DNA of 64,000 bases, taken from positions 64,001 through 128,000 of the forward strand of contig CAWHXP010000006.1 of NCBI GenBank assembly GCA_963833425.1. Direction: 5' to 3'. Source of the stretch: an uncultured Methanosarcinaceae archaeon (lineage in GTDB: Archaea > Halobacteriota > Methanosarcinia > Methanosarcinales > Methanosarcinaceae). A model generated the notes under the pieces. That model did no database searches and was not told where the DNA came from. It worked only from the letters and a program-made list of their open reading frames with translations. Made by a program: the position numbers and the translations under genes. Each line of letters opens with the position of its first letter. Positions within the stretch are counted from its first letter, which is position 1. This document shows positions 44,753 to 56,534 of the stretch, piece by piece.

Positions 44753-46468
44753 TTATTTGTGGGCAAAATATACCACAACTTTCTCTTTGTCAACAGTGTC
44801 AACCCTGCAAAAACCGAAGCGTTCGAATTGTACTATTTTGTCAAGCTCGGTTGCAATGCCATGCTCTCCAATCCCTTCTATATCACCATAGAGGCCACGT
44901 ACTTTCACCGAGATTCCATCAATTGGAACCCAATGGATGATTTTTCCCTTCGATTTTTTATGATCTTCGAGGGAAACTGCAGAATGTTTCGCTTGAAAAG
45001 GAACAAGAGACGTAATTTCGATATTGCAGAAATCTTTTAAGCGAAGAACGGACCCCACTTTCAGCTTTTCGGCATCTTCCCTGCAGACAAACATCTTATT
45101 CCTTACACAAATTTCCCTCATACCTCTTGCATGGTCAGTGGGATGAAGCGGAAGTTTTGCAACAGTAGGTTCTAAATTTGTAATTTCCAGCTCCACGGGA
45201 TCCCAAACAAAGAAATAACGATTTGCAATTGGGTCCACTATTTTACGGTTTTCAGCATATAGAGACTTCATACTTATGCTTACGTCAGTAGTTCCAACCC
45301 CCATATCTATCATGAACTTTTTAAGAGCTTCAGCAGTTATTCCGCGGCGGCGGATTGCCAGGATTATGGGCAATCTTGGATCATCCCATCCACTGTATTC
45401 TCCATTCTCAATGGCTTTTCTGAGGCTACTAGTACTGAATTTGCCGAACTCATGGATTTTAACCCTCCCCCAATGAGTTGTCCTTGGATATTTCCAGCCG
45501 AAGTATCTGTAGATATAGTTCTGCCTTTTCTCACTGTCCATAAGATCTTTACCCCGGATGATGTGAGTCGTACCAAGTTCATGATCTTCTATAGCTCCTG
45601 CAAAATCCAGAAGTGGCCAGACACAGTAGTTATATCCGATCACAGATCTTGGATGGTCCATCTTTCTTATCCTAAAGGCTCCCCAATCTCGCAAAGCAGG
45701 ATCTTTGTGTTCGATATCAGTTTTTATTCTTAACACAGCCTGATGATCTTCATATTCTCCAGCAAGCATCCTCTCCCAATGTCTGAGATTTTCTTCAAGG
45801 CTCACTTCCCGATGCTGGCAGGCTTTTTTGGCATCCTTTAATCCTTTAAAATATTCTCCTTTACAAAAACAGACATAGGCTTTGCCCATTTCAATAAGCT
45901 TTTTCGCATAATCGTAATAGATTTGGAAATTGTCAGAAGTATAGACTATCTGATCAGGCACAACCCCGAGCCATTTGAAATCATCAAGATACCATTCATA
46001 TGCCTCAAGCATCGGCCTTTTTATGTCAGGATCGGTATCATCGAAACGTAGAATGAATTTCCCTTTATACATATTTGCGTATTCGGAATTAACTACCATG
46101 CCTCTTGCGCTGCCCAGAGTTGCTGGTCCATTGGGATTTGGGGCAAAACGCATCACAACCTCACCTATTCTGGCTCCTTCCAGGGGTTTTAAGCCTTTAG
46201 AAGGATCTTTCTTCACAGCAAGAGCTTCTACCAGTTCAGGTGCAATTTTAGAAAGTCTGGATTCCCAGGCTTCAGAATTTTCTTTTACGATTTTGGAAAT
46301 AATGCCTTCAAGAGCTTCAGACATCGCACTGGGATCGGATCGGAGTTGAGGGAGCTCCCCCATTAACTTGCCCATCACGGATTTGAGCTGCGGAGCTTTC
46401 CCATATTTTACAGCATTTTGTAAGGCGTATTTTTCTACTGTTTTAAGATCTTCAGAACTTAATGTCAT
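44753..46468 (-). CDS. gltX: Glutamyl-tRNA synthetase
   Basis: RFAPNPNG, RFDDTDP, HIIRGKD, QFERFGF. Confidence 0.96.
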   Translation of the reverse strand: MTLSSEDLKTVEKYALQNAVKYGKAPQLKSVMGKLMGELPQLRSDPSAMSEALEGIISKIVKENSEAWESRLSKIAPELVEALAVKKDPSKGLKPLEGARIGEVVMRFAPNPNGPATLGSARGMVVNSEYANMYKGKFILRFDDTDPDIKRPMLEAYEWYLDDFKWLGVVPDQIVYTSDNFQIYYDYAKKLIEMGKAYVCFCKGEYFKGLKDAKKACQHREVSLEENLRHWERMLAGEYEDHQAVLRIKTDIEHKDPALRDWGAFRIRKMDHPRSVIGYNYCVWPLLDFAGAIEDHELGTTHIIRGKDLMDSEKRQNYIYRYFGWKYPRTTHWGRVKIHEFGKFSTSSLRKAIENGEYSGWDDPRLPIILAIRRRGITAEALKKFMIDMGVGTTDVSISMKSLYAENRKIVDPIANRYFFVWDPVELEITNLEPTVAKLPLHPTDHARGMREICVRNKMFVCREDAEKLKVGSVLRLKDFCNIEITSLVPFQAKHSAVSLEDHKKSKGKIIHWVPIDGISVKVRGLYGDIEGIGEHGIATELDKIVQFERFGFCRVDTVDKEKVVVYFAHK

Positions 46469-46699
46469 AGAGGTTCCTCCAAAGAAACGTGGATTGAATG
46501 AGATAAGAATTCAGGCTAAATTTAATTGAGTTAAACTAACGAAGAAGTTAAATATTTCATAAGATAATTTCATAAGCTGAATTCAATGATTGCGGAAAAA
46601 ATTTAAATAGAATTATAAAAAATCACCGAAAACTCGAATCCCCAACAAAATATACAGGTAACATGCCTTTTTTTGAAATGTATTCTGCAAGTAAAAACC

Positions 46700-47008
46700 T
46701 TACTTTTGAATGGAAGCTTCGATTTCCAAAATGCGTAAAACTTTGCTATTGATTTTATCAAGCTCCCATTCAAACTCCTGCAGGAACTTTTGAACAGCAT
46801 CCCCTGGTACTGCACCCTGGGCCGAGGGTTTGATAAGATTAGCTTGTTCAAGGACCCTGAGAGAGTATCGCACTTTATGGTTCTGCATTCCAGTAATTTC
46901 TGCAAGTTTCAGAATCCCAATTGGAGCTTCTTCAATCACTCTTTTGAGCACCAGAAGGTGGCGTTCGGTAAGGTCAAGTTCAGCTCCGATATGTTCAAGC
47001 AGCATCAT
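46700..47008 (-). CDS. Conserved archaeal winged-helix protein
   Basis: RHL.VL..V....PIGI.KL..HKVRYSLR.LE; ATGA overlap with upstream gene. Confidence 0.8.
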   Translation of the reverse strand: MMLLEHIGAELDLTERHLLVLKRVIEEAPIGILKLAEITGMQNHKVRYSLRVLEQANLIKPSAQGAVPGDAVQKFLQEFEWELDKINSKVLRILEIEASIQK

Positions 47009-47739
47009 AAAACCTCGTTTTTAAGTATTCCGATTCCCTGGATTTCCACTTCCACAATATCCATCCGCTGTAGTTCTCCAACTCCTGAAGGCGTTCCTGT
47101 TGTAATTATATCTCCTACTTCAAGGGTCATTATTTCAGTTATGAATTCAATGAGGTAAGGAATATCAAAAATAAGATTTGAGGTACTGGATTCCTGTTTG
47201 GTTTCCCCATTTACCCTGCAAGCAATTTTTGCAGCCTTAACATCCAGCTCTTCTGGAGATGCCAGATAAGGCCCGAATGCTGCAAAGGTATCAAAACTTT
47301 TTGCCCTTGTCCACTGCCCATCCTTTTGCTGGAGATCCCGTGCAGTCACATCGTTAAAACAAGTATACCCCGCGATTACGTCCTCAGCCTTTGAAGCTGA
47401 AATATTCTTACAACGCTTACCTATAACAACTGCAAGTTCTGCCTCGTAATCTATTCTTGAACTGGATGCCGGATAAATGATCTTGTCTTCATGCCCGATA
47501 ACTGATGACGGCGGCTTTAAAAAAAGGACCGGAGTTTCCGGTATTTCCATGGAAAGCTCTCTGGCATGATCTAGGTAATTAAGGCCAACGCATACAATTT
47601 TCGACGGAGATGCAGGAGGCAGGACACGAAGCTCCGAAAGTTCGAAGATCCCTATATGAAGATCTCCTTTAGGGTATACGCGTCCGTGGTCTATTTCGCC
47701 ATAAAAAATCTCATCTCCGAATCGGAACTTGCCAATCAT
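47005..47739 (-). CDS. Fumarylacetoacetate hydrolase family protein
   Basis: KIVCVGLNY..H, DYEAEL, NDVTARD, KSFDTF, TGTP.GVG. Confidence 0.93.
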   Translation of the reverse strand: MIGKFRFGDEIFYGEIDHGRVYPKGDLHIGIFELSELRVLPPASPSKIVCVGLNYLDHARELSMEIPETPVLFLKPPSSVIGHEDKIIYPASSSRIDYEAELAVVIGKRCKNISASKAEDVIAGYTCFNDVTARDLQQKDGQWTRAKSFDTFAAFGPYLASPEELDVKAAKIACRVNGETKQESSTSNLIFDIPYLIEFITEIMTLEVGDIITTGTPSGVGELQRMDIVEVEIQGIGILKNEVL

Positions 47740-47805
47740 ATCCTCAAATCCCTCTACTTTTTTAAATATCTTCGCCTGCTCTTTTTTTATAGAATATATC
47801 GAAAC

Positions 47806-48585
47806 TTAAATTTTAACTCTTCGGCCACTGGCATCCCGTTCATATCTTCCAAGTTCAGAATCAAGGATCTGCAAGCCTGAAAAAACAGGTCCGTCCTTGC
47901 AAACCCTTAACCCTGACCTATCTATGCAACATGCTCCGCAGATTCCGATGCCACATTTGAAATAGCGGTGTAGGCTGAATTCAACTTTTTCAAGAATTTT
48001 TTTATCCTTAATAAGCCTGAAGATAGACACCATCATTAATTCCTTGCCACAAATAGCAATCTTGTCATAGGCCGAAAAATCGAGCCCCTTAAGAACATCG
48101 GTCACAAATCCCTTTATACCTTTTGAGCCGTCATCAGTAGAAGTATAAACCTTTCCTGCTCCTAAAAAGCGTTTTTCAAAAATCAGTTCATCTGCACTTC
48201 TGGCTCCAAGGATCGTATGTACTTCAGAGCCAGCGGCATAAGCTGCTTCTGCATAAGGAGAAAGAGGAGCGGCTCCGACACCACCTGCAATAATTAAAAT
48301 TTTTTCATTCTTAGAAGGAAGAGAAAAGCCTCTCCCAAAAGGTCCCCGAAGTCCAAATGAGTCTCCTTCCTTCAGCTCAAAAAGCTTTGAGGTTGTCTCC
48401 CCCACTTTCAGAACAGTTATAGAATTTGTCCTGGAGAGCCCCATGGGTACCTCATCTACGCCTCTTACCCAAACCATTAAGAACTGGCCCGGTTCCATAG
48501 TTTCAAAATTAAGATCAAAGAAAAATGTCCTGACAGAAGGAGATTCTTCAGTTATTTGTAGTATTGTGGCATTAAGGGGAAGCAT
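47806..48585 (-). CDS. pyrK: Dihydroorotate dehydrogenase electron transfer subunit
   Basis: RGPFG, GGVG.AP, CGIGICGAC..C.DGPVF. Confidence 0.93.
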   Translation of the reverse strand: MLPLNATILQITEESPSVRTFFFDLNFETMEPGQFLMVWVRGVDEVPMGLSRTNSITVLKVGETTSKLFELKEGDSFGLRGPFGRGFSLPSKNEKILIIAGGVGAAPLSPYAEAAYAAGSEVHTILGARSADELIFEKRFLGAGKVYTSTDDGSKGIKGFVTDVLKGLDFSAYDKIAICGKELMMVSIFRLIKDKKILEKVEFSLHRYFKCGIGICGACCIDRSGLRVCKDGPVFSGLQILDSELGRYERDASGRRVKI

Positions 48586-49490
48586 CAGACCATCTCATGA
48601 GAAAGTCCTATTAATTTTTTTACATTTGAATAACTTTTCCTCTGCAAAAAAGCTTTGATCCCTTTATTAATTTCAGAAAATATATCAATCCTTTCGTACA
48701 CTGCAGATCCAACCTGTACAGCTGCTGCACCTGCCATCATCATTTCTACAGCATCCTGCCAACAAGATACCCCTCCTACTCCTATTACAGGAATTTTGAG
48801 AGTAGTATAAAGGTCATAGATACATTTGACAGCTACAGGCTTGACAGCCTTTCCTGAGAGCCCTCCTGAACGATTTCCAAGAATAGGATAGCCGGATTCT
48901 ATATCAATAGCCATTCCTTTTAAGGTGTTTATTGCAACAACAGCATCCGCACCCCCCGATTCAGCTGCATTCCCTATACACGTAATATCAGAAACATTCG
49001 GAGTAAGCTTAACCCACACAGGCACGTTCACGATATCTTTCACTGCAGCTGTGATTGCTTCTACAAGGCATGGGTCAGAGCCAACAGCAGCCCCGTATCC
49101 CTCGGAATGAGGGCAGCTCACATTAAGTTCGAAAGCATCGGGTTTGCCGGGAAGCAAACCTTCTGCAATTTCCATAAATTCAACTACAGTTCCGCCGAAG
49201 ATGCTCGCAATTACCGGAACCCCAGAATACTTTTTTGCAATTTTGAGTTCCTGCAAGAAGTCCGGATAGGAAGGATTTGGGAGTCCCATAGCATTCAAAA
49301 AACCACACTCAAGCTGAACAATGGTTGGATTTTGATGTCCTTTTTTAGGCATAAAACCTATCGATTTTGTCACAACCGCGTCTGCTCCTCCCTCAAGTGC
49401 AACCCTGCACAGAGATGCTCCTGTTGTGCCAAGAATGCCAGCTGCAAGGATGGTCGGATGTTTCATTTTGAGTCCAGTAAGAGTATACAT
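48585..49490 (-). CDS. pyrD: Dihydroorotate dehydrogenase, catalytic subunit
   Basis: NAMGL.N, ELNVSCP, KLTPN, INT, GGLSG. Confidence 0.95.
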   Translation of the reverse strand: MYTLTGLKMKHPTILAAGILGTTGASLCRVALEGGADAVVTKSIGFMPKKGHQNPTIVQLECGFLNAMGLPNPSYPDFLQELKIAKKYSGVPVIASIFGGTVVEFMEIAEGLLPGKPDAFELNVSCPHSEGYGAAVGSDPCLVEAITAAVKDIVNVPVWVKLTPNVSDITCIGNAAESGGADAVVAINTLKGMAIDIESGYPILGNRSGGLSGKAVKPVAVKCIYDLYTTLKIPVIGVGGVSCWQDAVEMMMAGAAAVQVGSAVYERIDIFSEINKGIKAFLQRKSYSNVKKLIGLSHEMV

Positions 49491-49524
49491 TATAATTCCT
49501 TTCCTGATCTTGCAAGTTATATCT

Positions 49525-50475
49525 TTAGTCGCATGAATCTTCAAAGTCGTACAAATCTCTTGAAAGCTGTAAGAGGGCTTCTTCAGCTAATTTTTTGCCG
49601 CCCATCTGCACAAGTCTTTGTCCAAGTTCCCTGGCTTTTTCGATACCTTCAGACATGGGGATAAACTCATCTATTTTGACAGTCTCTTGCCCGTTTAGGG
49701 AGAGAACCTCAGCTCGGACACCGATTTGTTTTCCACAAGGTGTAATTTCGGCGTAGGAACCTAAGGGAGTAGTACAGCCCCCTCCAAGTTCTGAAATCAG
49801 GATACGCTCGATTTCAGTAACAATCCTGCTTTCTGGATGATCAAGTTTAGAAGCGGCAATTTCAGCTTCAGTGCCTGCCTTTGTTACTACTGCAACAGTA
49901 CCCTGATTAGGAGGGGGGCAAAAGAGTTCAGGGGACAGAATTTCCCCTTCAACCTCCCAGCCCAAGCGTTCGAGCCCAGCTTTTGCAAGCATTATACCGT
50001 CGTATTGTCCTTCCCTGAGCTTCCTGAGTCTTGTATCGATATTGCCCCTTAAGTCCTGAATGATCAGATCAGGCCTGTAGCGCTTTATTTGAGCAGCCCT
50101 TCTCAGAGAACTGGTCCCTATAATAGCCTGCTCGGATAGTTCGTCAAGTATAGTCCCATCATAAGTGAGAAGAACATCAAACGGCGTATCACGCTTCAGA
50201 ACTGCAGCTGTCGAGAGTAAAGGCGAGCGAACTGTAGGGATGTCTTTCATAGAATGGACAGCTATGTCTATTTGTTCTGCCAGAATAACATCATCCAGCT
50301 CTCTGACAAAAGCCCCAACTCCACTTGAAACGGCGTGCAGAGGGCGGTCAGTAAATATATCTCCCCTAGTACGTATAATCTTTAAGCTAGTTTCAAAACC
50401 CAGGTTTTTCAAGAGGTGGGCAACTTTCTCTGCCTGTGCAATAGCAAGCTTGCTGCCCCGTGTACCTATGATCAT
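49525..50475 (-). CDS. hemC: Hydroxymethylbilane synthase
   Basis: GTRGSKLA, AVHSMKD, GTSSLRR, RGNIDTR, GGGCTTP. Confidence 0.96.
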   Translation of the reverse strand: MIIGTRGSKLAIAQAEKVAHLLKNLGFETSLKIIRTRGDIFTDRPLHAVSSGVGAFVRELDDVILAEQIDIAVHSMKDIPTVRSPLLSTAAVLKRDTPFDVLLTYDGTILDELSEQAIIGTSSLRRAAQIKRYRPDLIIQDLRGNIDTRLRKLREGQYDGIMLAKAGLERLGWEVEGEILSPELFCPPPNQGTVAVVTKAGTEAEIAASKLDHPESRIVTEIERILISELGGGCTTPLGSYAEITPCGKQIGVRAEVLSLNGQETVKIDEFIPMSEGIEKARELGQRLVQMGGKKLAEEALLQLSRDLYDFEDSCD

Positions 50476-50490
50476 TTAGAATCCTCTTTT

Positions 50491-51783
50491 TCAAAGACGC
50501 GAATCGATTAAGAGATTTTCAGAATATACTTCGAGGGTGTTTTCGATATCTGCTTCACTATGAGCTGCAGAGATGAAATTAGTCTCATACTGAGAGGGAG
50601 GAAGGAAAACTCCACTTGTAAGCATCCGATGGAAAAAAGCAAGGTAACCATCCTTATCACATTTTAGGGCCTCCTGATAGTTATGAGGTTCCGCTCCGAA
50701 AAAAATCTTGAACATGGAGGCGACCCCACAAACATTATAATGAAGACCTAAATCTTCAATAATTTTTGAGAGAGAATCCCTTAGGTAATTGCCTGTTGAA
50801 TTTAGTTTCTCATGGATATTTTCCTGCTTGAGATAATCAAGTATTGCAATACCAGCAGCCATCGAACACGGGCTTCCGCTGAAAGTTCCTGCCTGGTAGA
50901 TAGCCCCGGACGGGGAAATCGTTTCCATAATTTCCCGACGGCCTCCAAAAACCCCTATAGGTAAGCCTCCACCTATGACCTTCCCCAAAGTGGTTATATC
51001 CGGAATGACGCCAAAGTATTCCTGTGCCCCCCCCATTGCAAGCCTAAACCCTGTAATAACCTCATCAAAAATAAGAAGTACGTCATTTTCCAGGGTGAGT
51101 TCCCTAAGTTCCTCAAGATACCCAATCATAGGGAGAATAGGACCCACATTCCCAAGTACGGGTTCTATTATCACTGCAGCTAGATCGTCCTTATTTTTTT
51201 CTACAAGTCCAGCCATTGTTTCAATATCATTATAAGGAGCCTGAAGGGTATATTTTGTAAAACCGTTAGGGATCCCAAGGGAATCAGGCTCTCCCATGGT
51301 TGTAGCTCCAGAACCTGCTTTTACTAGAACCGCATCATGCGCACCATGAAATCCACCTTCTATTTTGACAAATTTATTTCTGCCTGTAAAGCCGCGAGCA
51401 AGGCGAAGGGCACTCATGGTTGCTTCGGTCCCTGTAGAAACAAAACGAAGCATATCAATACTTGGATAGTACCCTATAATCTTCTCTGCCAACGTTACTT
51501 CAAGCTCTATGGGAGTCCCATAAAGCCAGCCTTTATCCAACTGGGATTTAATGGTTTCCTTTATTACAGGATGATTATGCCCAAGTATCAAAGGACCGTA
51601 GGCCATGCAGTAATCAATATACTCATTACCATCAATGTCTCTTATTTTGGAACCATCAGCTGAAGCTGTATAGAAAGGATAAGGCTTAATTGCACGCACA
51701 GGACTGCTGACCCCACCAGGAATAAGTATCTTTGCTTTCTCGTACATCTGTCTGGATTTCTCAAATATTAGCTCAGATATCAT
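50491..51783 (-). CDS. hemL: Glutamate-1-semialdehyde 2,1-aminomutase
   Basis: [33 protein letters not shown]. Confidence 0.96.
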   Translation of the reverse strand: MISELIFEKSRQMYEKAKILIPGGVSSPVRAIKPYPFYTASADGSKIRDIDGNEYIDYCMAYGPLILGHNHPVIKETIKSQLDKGWLYGTPIELEVTLAEKIIGYYPSIDMLRFVSTGTEATMSALRLARGFTGRNKFVKIEGGFHGAHDAVLVKAGSGATTMGEPDSLGIPNGFTKYTLQAPYNDIETMAGLVEKNKDDLAAVIIEPVLGNVGPILPMIGYLEELRELTLENDVLLIFDEVITGFRLAMGGAQEYFGVIPDITTLGKVIGGGLPIGVFGGRREIMETISPSGAIYQAGTFSGSPCSMAAGIAILDYLKQENIHEKLNSTGNYLRDSLSKIIEDLGLHYNVCGVASMFKIFFGAEPHNYQEALKCDKDGYLAFFHRMLTSGVFLPPSQYETNFISAAHSEADIENTLEVYSENLLIDSRL

Positions 51784-52244
51784 GAATTCTCACCCTATTG
51801 GACTGAAAATTTTCAAAGTTATGAGTTATAAATTAAAAGAAAAGTTTTAATTCCTACTAAAATTGGTTTGTGGCCTAGAATCATTTATTAAATTTGAAAA
51901 ACGAGTATTTCTTTCATTTTTTGAAGAATGTATAGATAGTCTAATGTTTATTATTTTCAACAACTCATGAACACTACCTTAAATTATCATACTGAATTAT
52001 TAAACTGAAATCTGGATTTGCTGAATTTTAAAGTAAAGGCAGTTTTACTTCTTTTCTGTATTTCTATTTCTATCTTTCGAAAAGAGCAACCTATTATTAT
52101 AGTTTTCATTTAAATTGATTACAATTATAAAAAATTATATTCATGCAAACACCTTAAAAATATCTTATTGAACAAAAGATTTCTTTTATTCACTTGATTG
52201 GTGCGTAAGGAGCAACAGAATACTAAAGTTCAACAGAAGTTAGA

Positions 52245-52335
52245 GAGTATTTTGATAAGCACCTAAATTTTGTCATATATTTATAAATGTAAATAGTATA
52301 AAAACTCATGAAATCAGATGTTTATTGAAATTCAT
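52245..52335. mobile_element. ~90-bp IS5-type MITE (degenerate)
   Basis: GAGTATTTTGATAAGCACCTAAATTT...GTTTATTGAAATTC. Confidence 0.6.
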
Positions 52336-52871
52336 ATATGCGTTGTACATACATCTAGAAATTGGCTATAAATTACTCACTTGAAAATACAACCTACATT
52401 CAGAATACAGATATTATGGATTTAATGTTTTCATAATCCTTTTTTAAAAATTCTGTAAAGACTTATTGAGCTTAGAGATAGCTAACCTATGATTCGGATC
52501 TCACAAAGTATAGACTTAATTAATCATATTACAATAGGAATAGTGAGGAAATAATATGTTTTCCCAGCAAAAAAATTGATTCAATGATAATACAAAAAAG
52601 TTATCTGCCGGAAGTAGGGTGAAGAACCCTTAAGTATCGATTCGTAATATATTATTTTGCGAATATTATTTTCAATATGCGCATAATGGCATCTCTTAAT
52701 CAATTTTGCTTCCATCTCAATGAGAGGTTATAACGTACCTACTTCGATAAATGAAAAAGCGAACATTCTCTACACTCGAAATTTAATCATGAAAACATAA
52801 TCATTGAATGAAGGGAGAATTTGAACGCTCTCTGATTCATATAAAAAAAGACTCAAATAAAAGATAAAATA

Positions 52872-53488
52872 AAATTTGCGGTTGCGTACCCTCGCTACAA
52901 ACAACTGGTAAATGCTCAACCACAATTCTGTATATAAGAGAATTGTTCGAAATCAAATATTTCCATTTTGATTACATGTTTCTTTTTCTTCCTGGCCCCC
53001 TGATTTCCAACATAGCTTTTAATTAAATCAGAATTTGTATCGTCAACCACAATTCCAATACAAACCCTATAATTCAACAATTCGCATCTATAATCTTTTT
53101 TGAGCTCAGATTATTTTAAAGATCCTCTTGCTGTGAGATATTTAATAATCTGTATCACTATGAAGGAAAATATATTGATTCGTAGCCGACGAAAATATAT
53201 ACATCACCACCAATACAATTGCATAAAACTCAAAACAGTGCCTTTTACTAACCTTAAAATCATATATTTCAAATGGTTTGTTATATCATTGTGTAATAGA
53301 AATTTGTCATTGATACTCACACAAGAGAAACATATGATATTCTTTTTATAAATATAATGGTTTACTGAATGTAATTTCATTTTTACAGTACAAACGTAGC
53401 CTAAAATATAATATTAGTTAGTATAACAACGGCTCTATTGAAAGTTTTCATCTCCTCAGCAAGCTGATTAGTATTCGACTGGGATAAA
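52872..53488 (-). mobile_element. Decayed IS200-family element
   Basis: Both end-hairpin relics (GGTTGCGTACCCTCGCTACAA; CAGCAAGCTG..TATTCGACTG); minus-strand MKLHSVNHYIYK; aligns by eye with 10265-10825. Confidence 0.75.
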
Positions 53489-53726
53489 GTCTTCAGTTTT
53501 CTAGTCGGATGAAGACTTCATTACATTTCTTTTAAAAAGTATCCAGCTGAAATGGCAGAATATTAATATTACTTTATTAATATGACTTTTCAAGTTTCAA
53601 TTTCACTAACTTTCGGTAAAATTAAATTCCACCCTATCCATCGTCATATACGATTATTAATTTCTAATATCATTAATTTGCAAACATCATTAAATTTTGA
53701 CTTGTATTAATATAAAGTATTAATTT

Positions 53727-54779
53727 ATGATTACCATGACAAATGCACCAAGGCTTATTGCATGGGAACTAACTGCAGGTTGTAACCTTAACTGCGTACA
53801 CTGCAGAGGAGCTTCCACTTCTTCAGTTCCAGCAGATGAACTCACGACTGATGAAGCTAAACATTTCATTGATGAAGTTTCAGGACTTGGGAAACCAATT
53901 CTTATCTTGAGTGGAGGCGAGCCTCTCACCAGACCTGACGTTTTTGAGATCGCATTGTATGGTACAGATTCTGGATTTCGCATCGTGCTAGCAACAAACG
54001 GAACTCTTCTCACCCCTGAGATTGTGGGGAAATTAAAAGAAGCTGGGGTTCAGCGTCTCAGTATAAGTATCGATGGGGCAGCTGCAATATCTCATGATGA
54101 ATTTCGAGGCAGGCCCGGAGCTTTTGAGAGAACGCTTGCAGGTATTGAAGTCCTTAGGAAAGCAAATTTTCCTTTCCAAATCAACACAATGATTTCAAAT
54201 CGCAACCTTGAAGAAATCCCAAGAACCTTTGAGCTTGCAAAAAAGCTAGGTGCAGTTGCATATCATCTATTTTTCCTTGTGCCCACAGGAAGGGGAGAAG
54301 ACTCCGATGAAGTCTCCCCCGAAGATTACGAACGTGTTCTGCACTGGCTCTATGATATGCAGAAAAAGTCCAAAATTTTATTGAAAGCAACCTGTGCCCC
54401 ACATTATTTCAGGGTTATGCATCAACGGGCAAAAAAGGAAGGAATCGAAATATCGACGAATATTCACGGTTACGAATCAATGACAAAAGGCTGCCTTGGA
54501 GGGACTAGTTTCTGTTTCGTTTCCAGCATAGGTGATGTCTACCCCTGTGGCTACTTACCAGTACTTGCTGGCAATATCAGGAAGCAACCTTTCAGAGATA
54601 TTTGGAAAAATTCAGAGGTCTTCAGAAAACTAAGGGCCTCAGAAGAACTGAAGGGTAAATGCGGCATCTGTGAATATAAAAAAGTATGTTCCGGCTGCAG
54701 AGCAAGAGCATATGCAGCTACAGGTGATTATCTTGATGAAGAGCCCTACTGCATTTATATTCCTGGAAAAAATAAGTGA
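53727..54779 (+). CDS. ahbD: Radical SAM haem b synthase AhbD
   Basis: AWELT..CNLNCVHC, SGGEP, TCAPHY, SPASM Cys; adjacent to ahbAB. Confidence 0.88.
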   Translation: MITMTNAPRLIAWELTAGCNLNCVHCRGASTSSVPADELTTDEAKHFIDEVSGLGKPILILSGGEPLTRPDVFEIALYGTDSGFRIVLATNGTLLTPEIVGKLKEAGVQRLSISIDGAAAISHDEFRGRPGAFERTLAGIEVLRKANFPFQINTMISNRNLEEIPRTFELAKKLGAVAYHLFFLVPTGRGEDSDEVSPEDYERVLHWLYDMQKKSKILLKATCAPHYFRVMHQRAKKEGIEISTNIHGYESMTKGCLGGTSFCFVSSIGDVYPCGYLPVLAGNIRKQPFRDIWKNSEVFRKLRASEELKGKCGICEYKKVCSGCRARAYAATGDYLDEEPYCIYIPGKNK

Positions 54780-54784
54780 TATAG

Positions 54785-55333
54785 ATGATTGAACTTGAAG
54801 ATTACAATAGCCGGCTCCAGCAAAAGAAGACCGATTTCACCTTTAAGATGGAACCTTATGGCGAAGAAATTCCTGAATTTGAAATTGATGAGACTGATAA
54901 GAGAATTCTGAATCTGGTACAACAGGAAGTTCCTTTAGAAGTCGAGCCTTTTGAAGAATTAGGTAAAATGCTAAATCTTTCTGAAACCGAGATTCTTGAA
55001 AGGCTGCGCAAACTCAATAGTAAAGGAGCGGTAAGGCGGATAGGACCTATCCTCAGCACTAGGAATATGGGTGGAGTGAGTACTCTTGTGGCACTGAAGG
55101 TATCAGAAACTCGGATTGAGGAAGTTGCAAATTTCATTAATGAGTACCCTGAAGTTTCCCATAATTACCTCCGAAGTGCTGCAAAGTATAATCTCTGGTT
55201 TACAATTTCTGCTCCTGATAAAGATAGACTTGAAGATATAATTTCCGATATTCGAGAAAAAACTGGCTGTCCACTATTAAACCTCCCTACAAAGCGTCTT
55301 TTCAAGATAAATGTAAAGTTTGATATCAGGTGA
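54785..55333 (+). CDS. ahbA: Sirohaem decarboxylase alpha subunit
   Basis: Lrp/AsnC-like, VRRIGP, VSHNYLR, YNLWFT. Confidence 0.9.
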   Translation: MIELEDYNSRLQQKKTDFTFKMEPYGEEIPEFEIDETDKRILNLVQQEVPLEVEPFEELGKMLNLSETEILERLRKLNSKGAVRRIGPILSTRNMGGVSTLVALKVSETRIEEVANFINEYPEVSHNYLRSAAKYNLWFTISAPDKDRLEDIISDIREKTGCPLLNLPTKRLFKINVKFDIR

Positions 55334-55339
55334 AAAAAG

Positions 55340-55798
55340 ATGGATAAAACGGATGTAGAAATACTTAAACTTGTCCAGGATGGGATACCGCTAATTCATT
55401 CTCCGTTCAGGCATCTTGCTACTGAACTTGGGACAAGTGAACAGGAAGTTGTTGAGAGGCTTAAAAACCTCCAGAAAGCTGGGAAAATCCGACGTTTTGC
55501 AGCTTCAATAGGTCATAGGGCAATAGGAATCACATCCAATGCTATGTGTGTCTGGAACGTTCCCAACGAGCGAATAGAAAAGGTAGGAGCAATAATGGCA
55601 GAATTTTCGGAAGTTACTCACTGCTATGAGCGCCCGCGCTATCCTGACTGGCCGTATAATCTTTTCACTATGGTCCATTCATATACTCATGAAGATTGTG
55701 AAAGATTAGCTTTTAGGATTTCAGAAGCTACCGGAATTAAGGAATATACTCTATTCTTCAGTGAACGGGAATTTAAGAAAACAGGTGTCAAGCTGTGA
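55340..55798 (+). CDS. ahbB: Sirohaem decarboxylase beta subunit
   Basis: NAMCVW, VTHCYER..WPYNLFTMVH, EFKK. Confidence 0.9.
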   Translation: MDKTDVEILKLVQDGIPLIHSPFRHLATELGTSEQEVVERLKNLQKAGKIRRFAASIGHRAIGITSNAMCVWNVPNERIEKVGAIMAEFSEVTHCYERPRYPDWPYNLFTMVHSYTHEDCERLAFRISEATGIKEYTLFFSEREFKKTGVKL

Positions 55799-55837
55799 AG
55801 TAATATCTTTAAATATTTTTTTATGAGGTTTTTGAAA

Positions 55838-56512
55838 TTGGCTGAAAAAAAAACTTTTCTTCCTCTCATGATTGATCTTTCTGGCAGAAAGATTGTCATC
55901 TTTGGAGGTGGCTCGGTTGGGGAACGCAAAGCCGAACTTTTCTGTGGATGTGCAGATACTCTTATTGTAAGTCTTGAATTTTCCCAGCGGTTGCAGGAAC
56001 TTGAAACCGCAGGACAAGTTCGACTTGTCAGACTTGATATTCTAACAGCTTCAGATTTTGAACTCCAGAAAATCATATCTGGAGCTTTAATCGTCATTCC
56101 TGCAACTAACGATTTGAAACTTAACCAAAAAATCACTGATATCGCACTTGAAAGCGATATTTTGATAAATCAGGTAAATTCTTTAGGTAGTGTTGTAATT
56201 CCTTCAGTCATAAAAAGAGGAGACCTTATAATAGGGATTTCGACCCTTGGACACAGCCCTGCTGTCTCCAAATATACCCGCAGACAGATAGAAAACCTGA
56301 TAACTCCTGCATATTTCGATATGATTCAGCTTCAGAAAGAACTCAGAAACTACCTCAAAAAGCATATAGCAGAGCAAAAAAAGAGGAAAGAAATCCTTTG
56401 GAATATCCTGGAAAGCGAGATTGTTTGGAAAGGATTTAATGAATCTTATGAAAAAGCAGCTGAAGAGGCATACTATATAATTTCACATTATCTCGAAGAT
56501 TCCGACCAGTAG
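55838..56512 (+). CDS. sirC: Precorrin-2 dehydrogenase (SirC/CysG N-terminal)
   Basis: FLPL.IDL, GGGSVGERK, ISTLGHSPA. Confidence 0.88.
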   Translation: MAEKKTFLPLMIDLSGRKIVIFGGGSVGERKAELFCGCADTLIVSLEFSQRLQELETAGQVRLVRLDILTASDFELQKIISGALIVIPATNDLKLNQKITDIALESDILINQVNSLGSVVIPSVIKRGDLIIGISTLGHSPAVSKYTRRQIENLITPAYFDMIQLQKELRNYLKKHIAEQKKRKEILWNILESEIVWKGFNESYEKAAEEAYYIISHYLEDSDQ

Positions 56513-56534
56513 AGCTTGGTAGGAGATGCAGAAC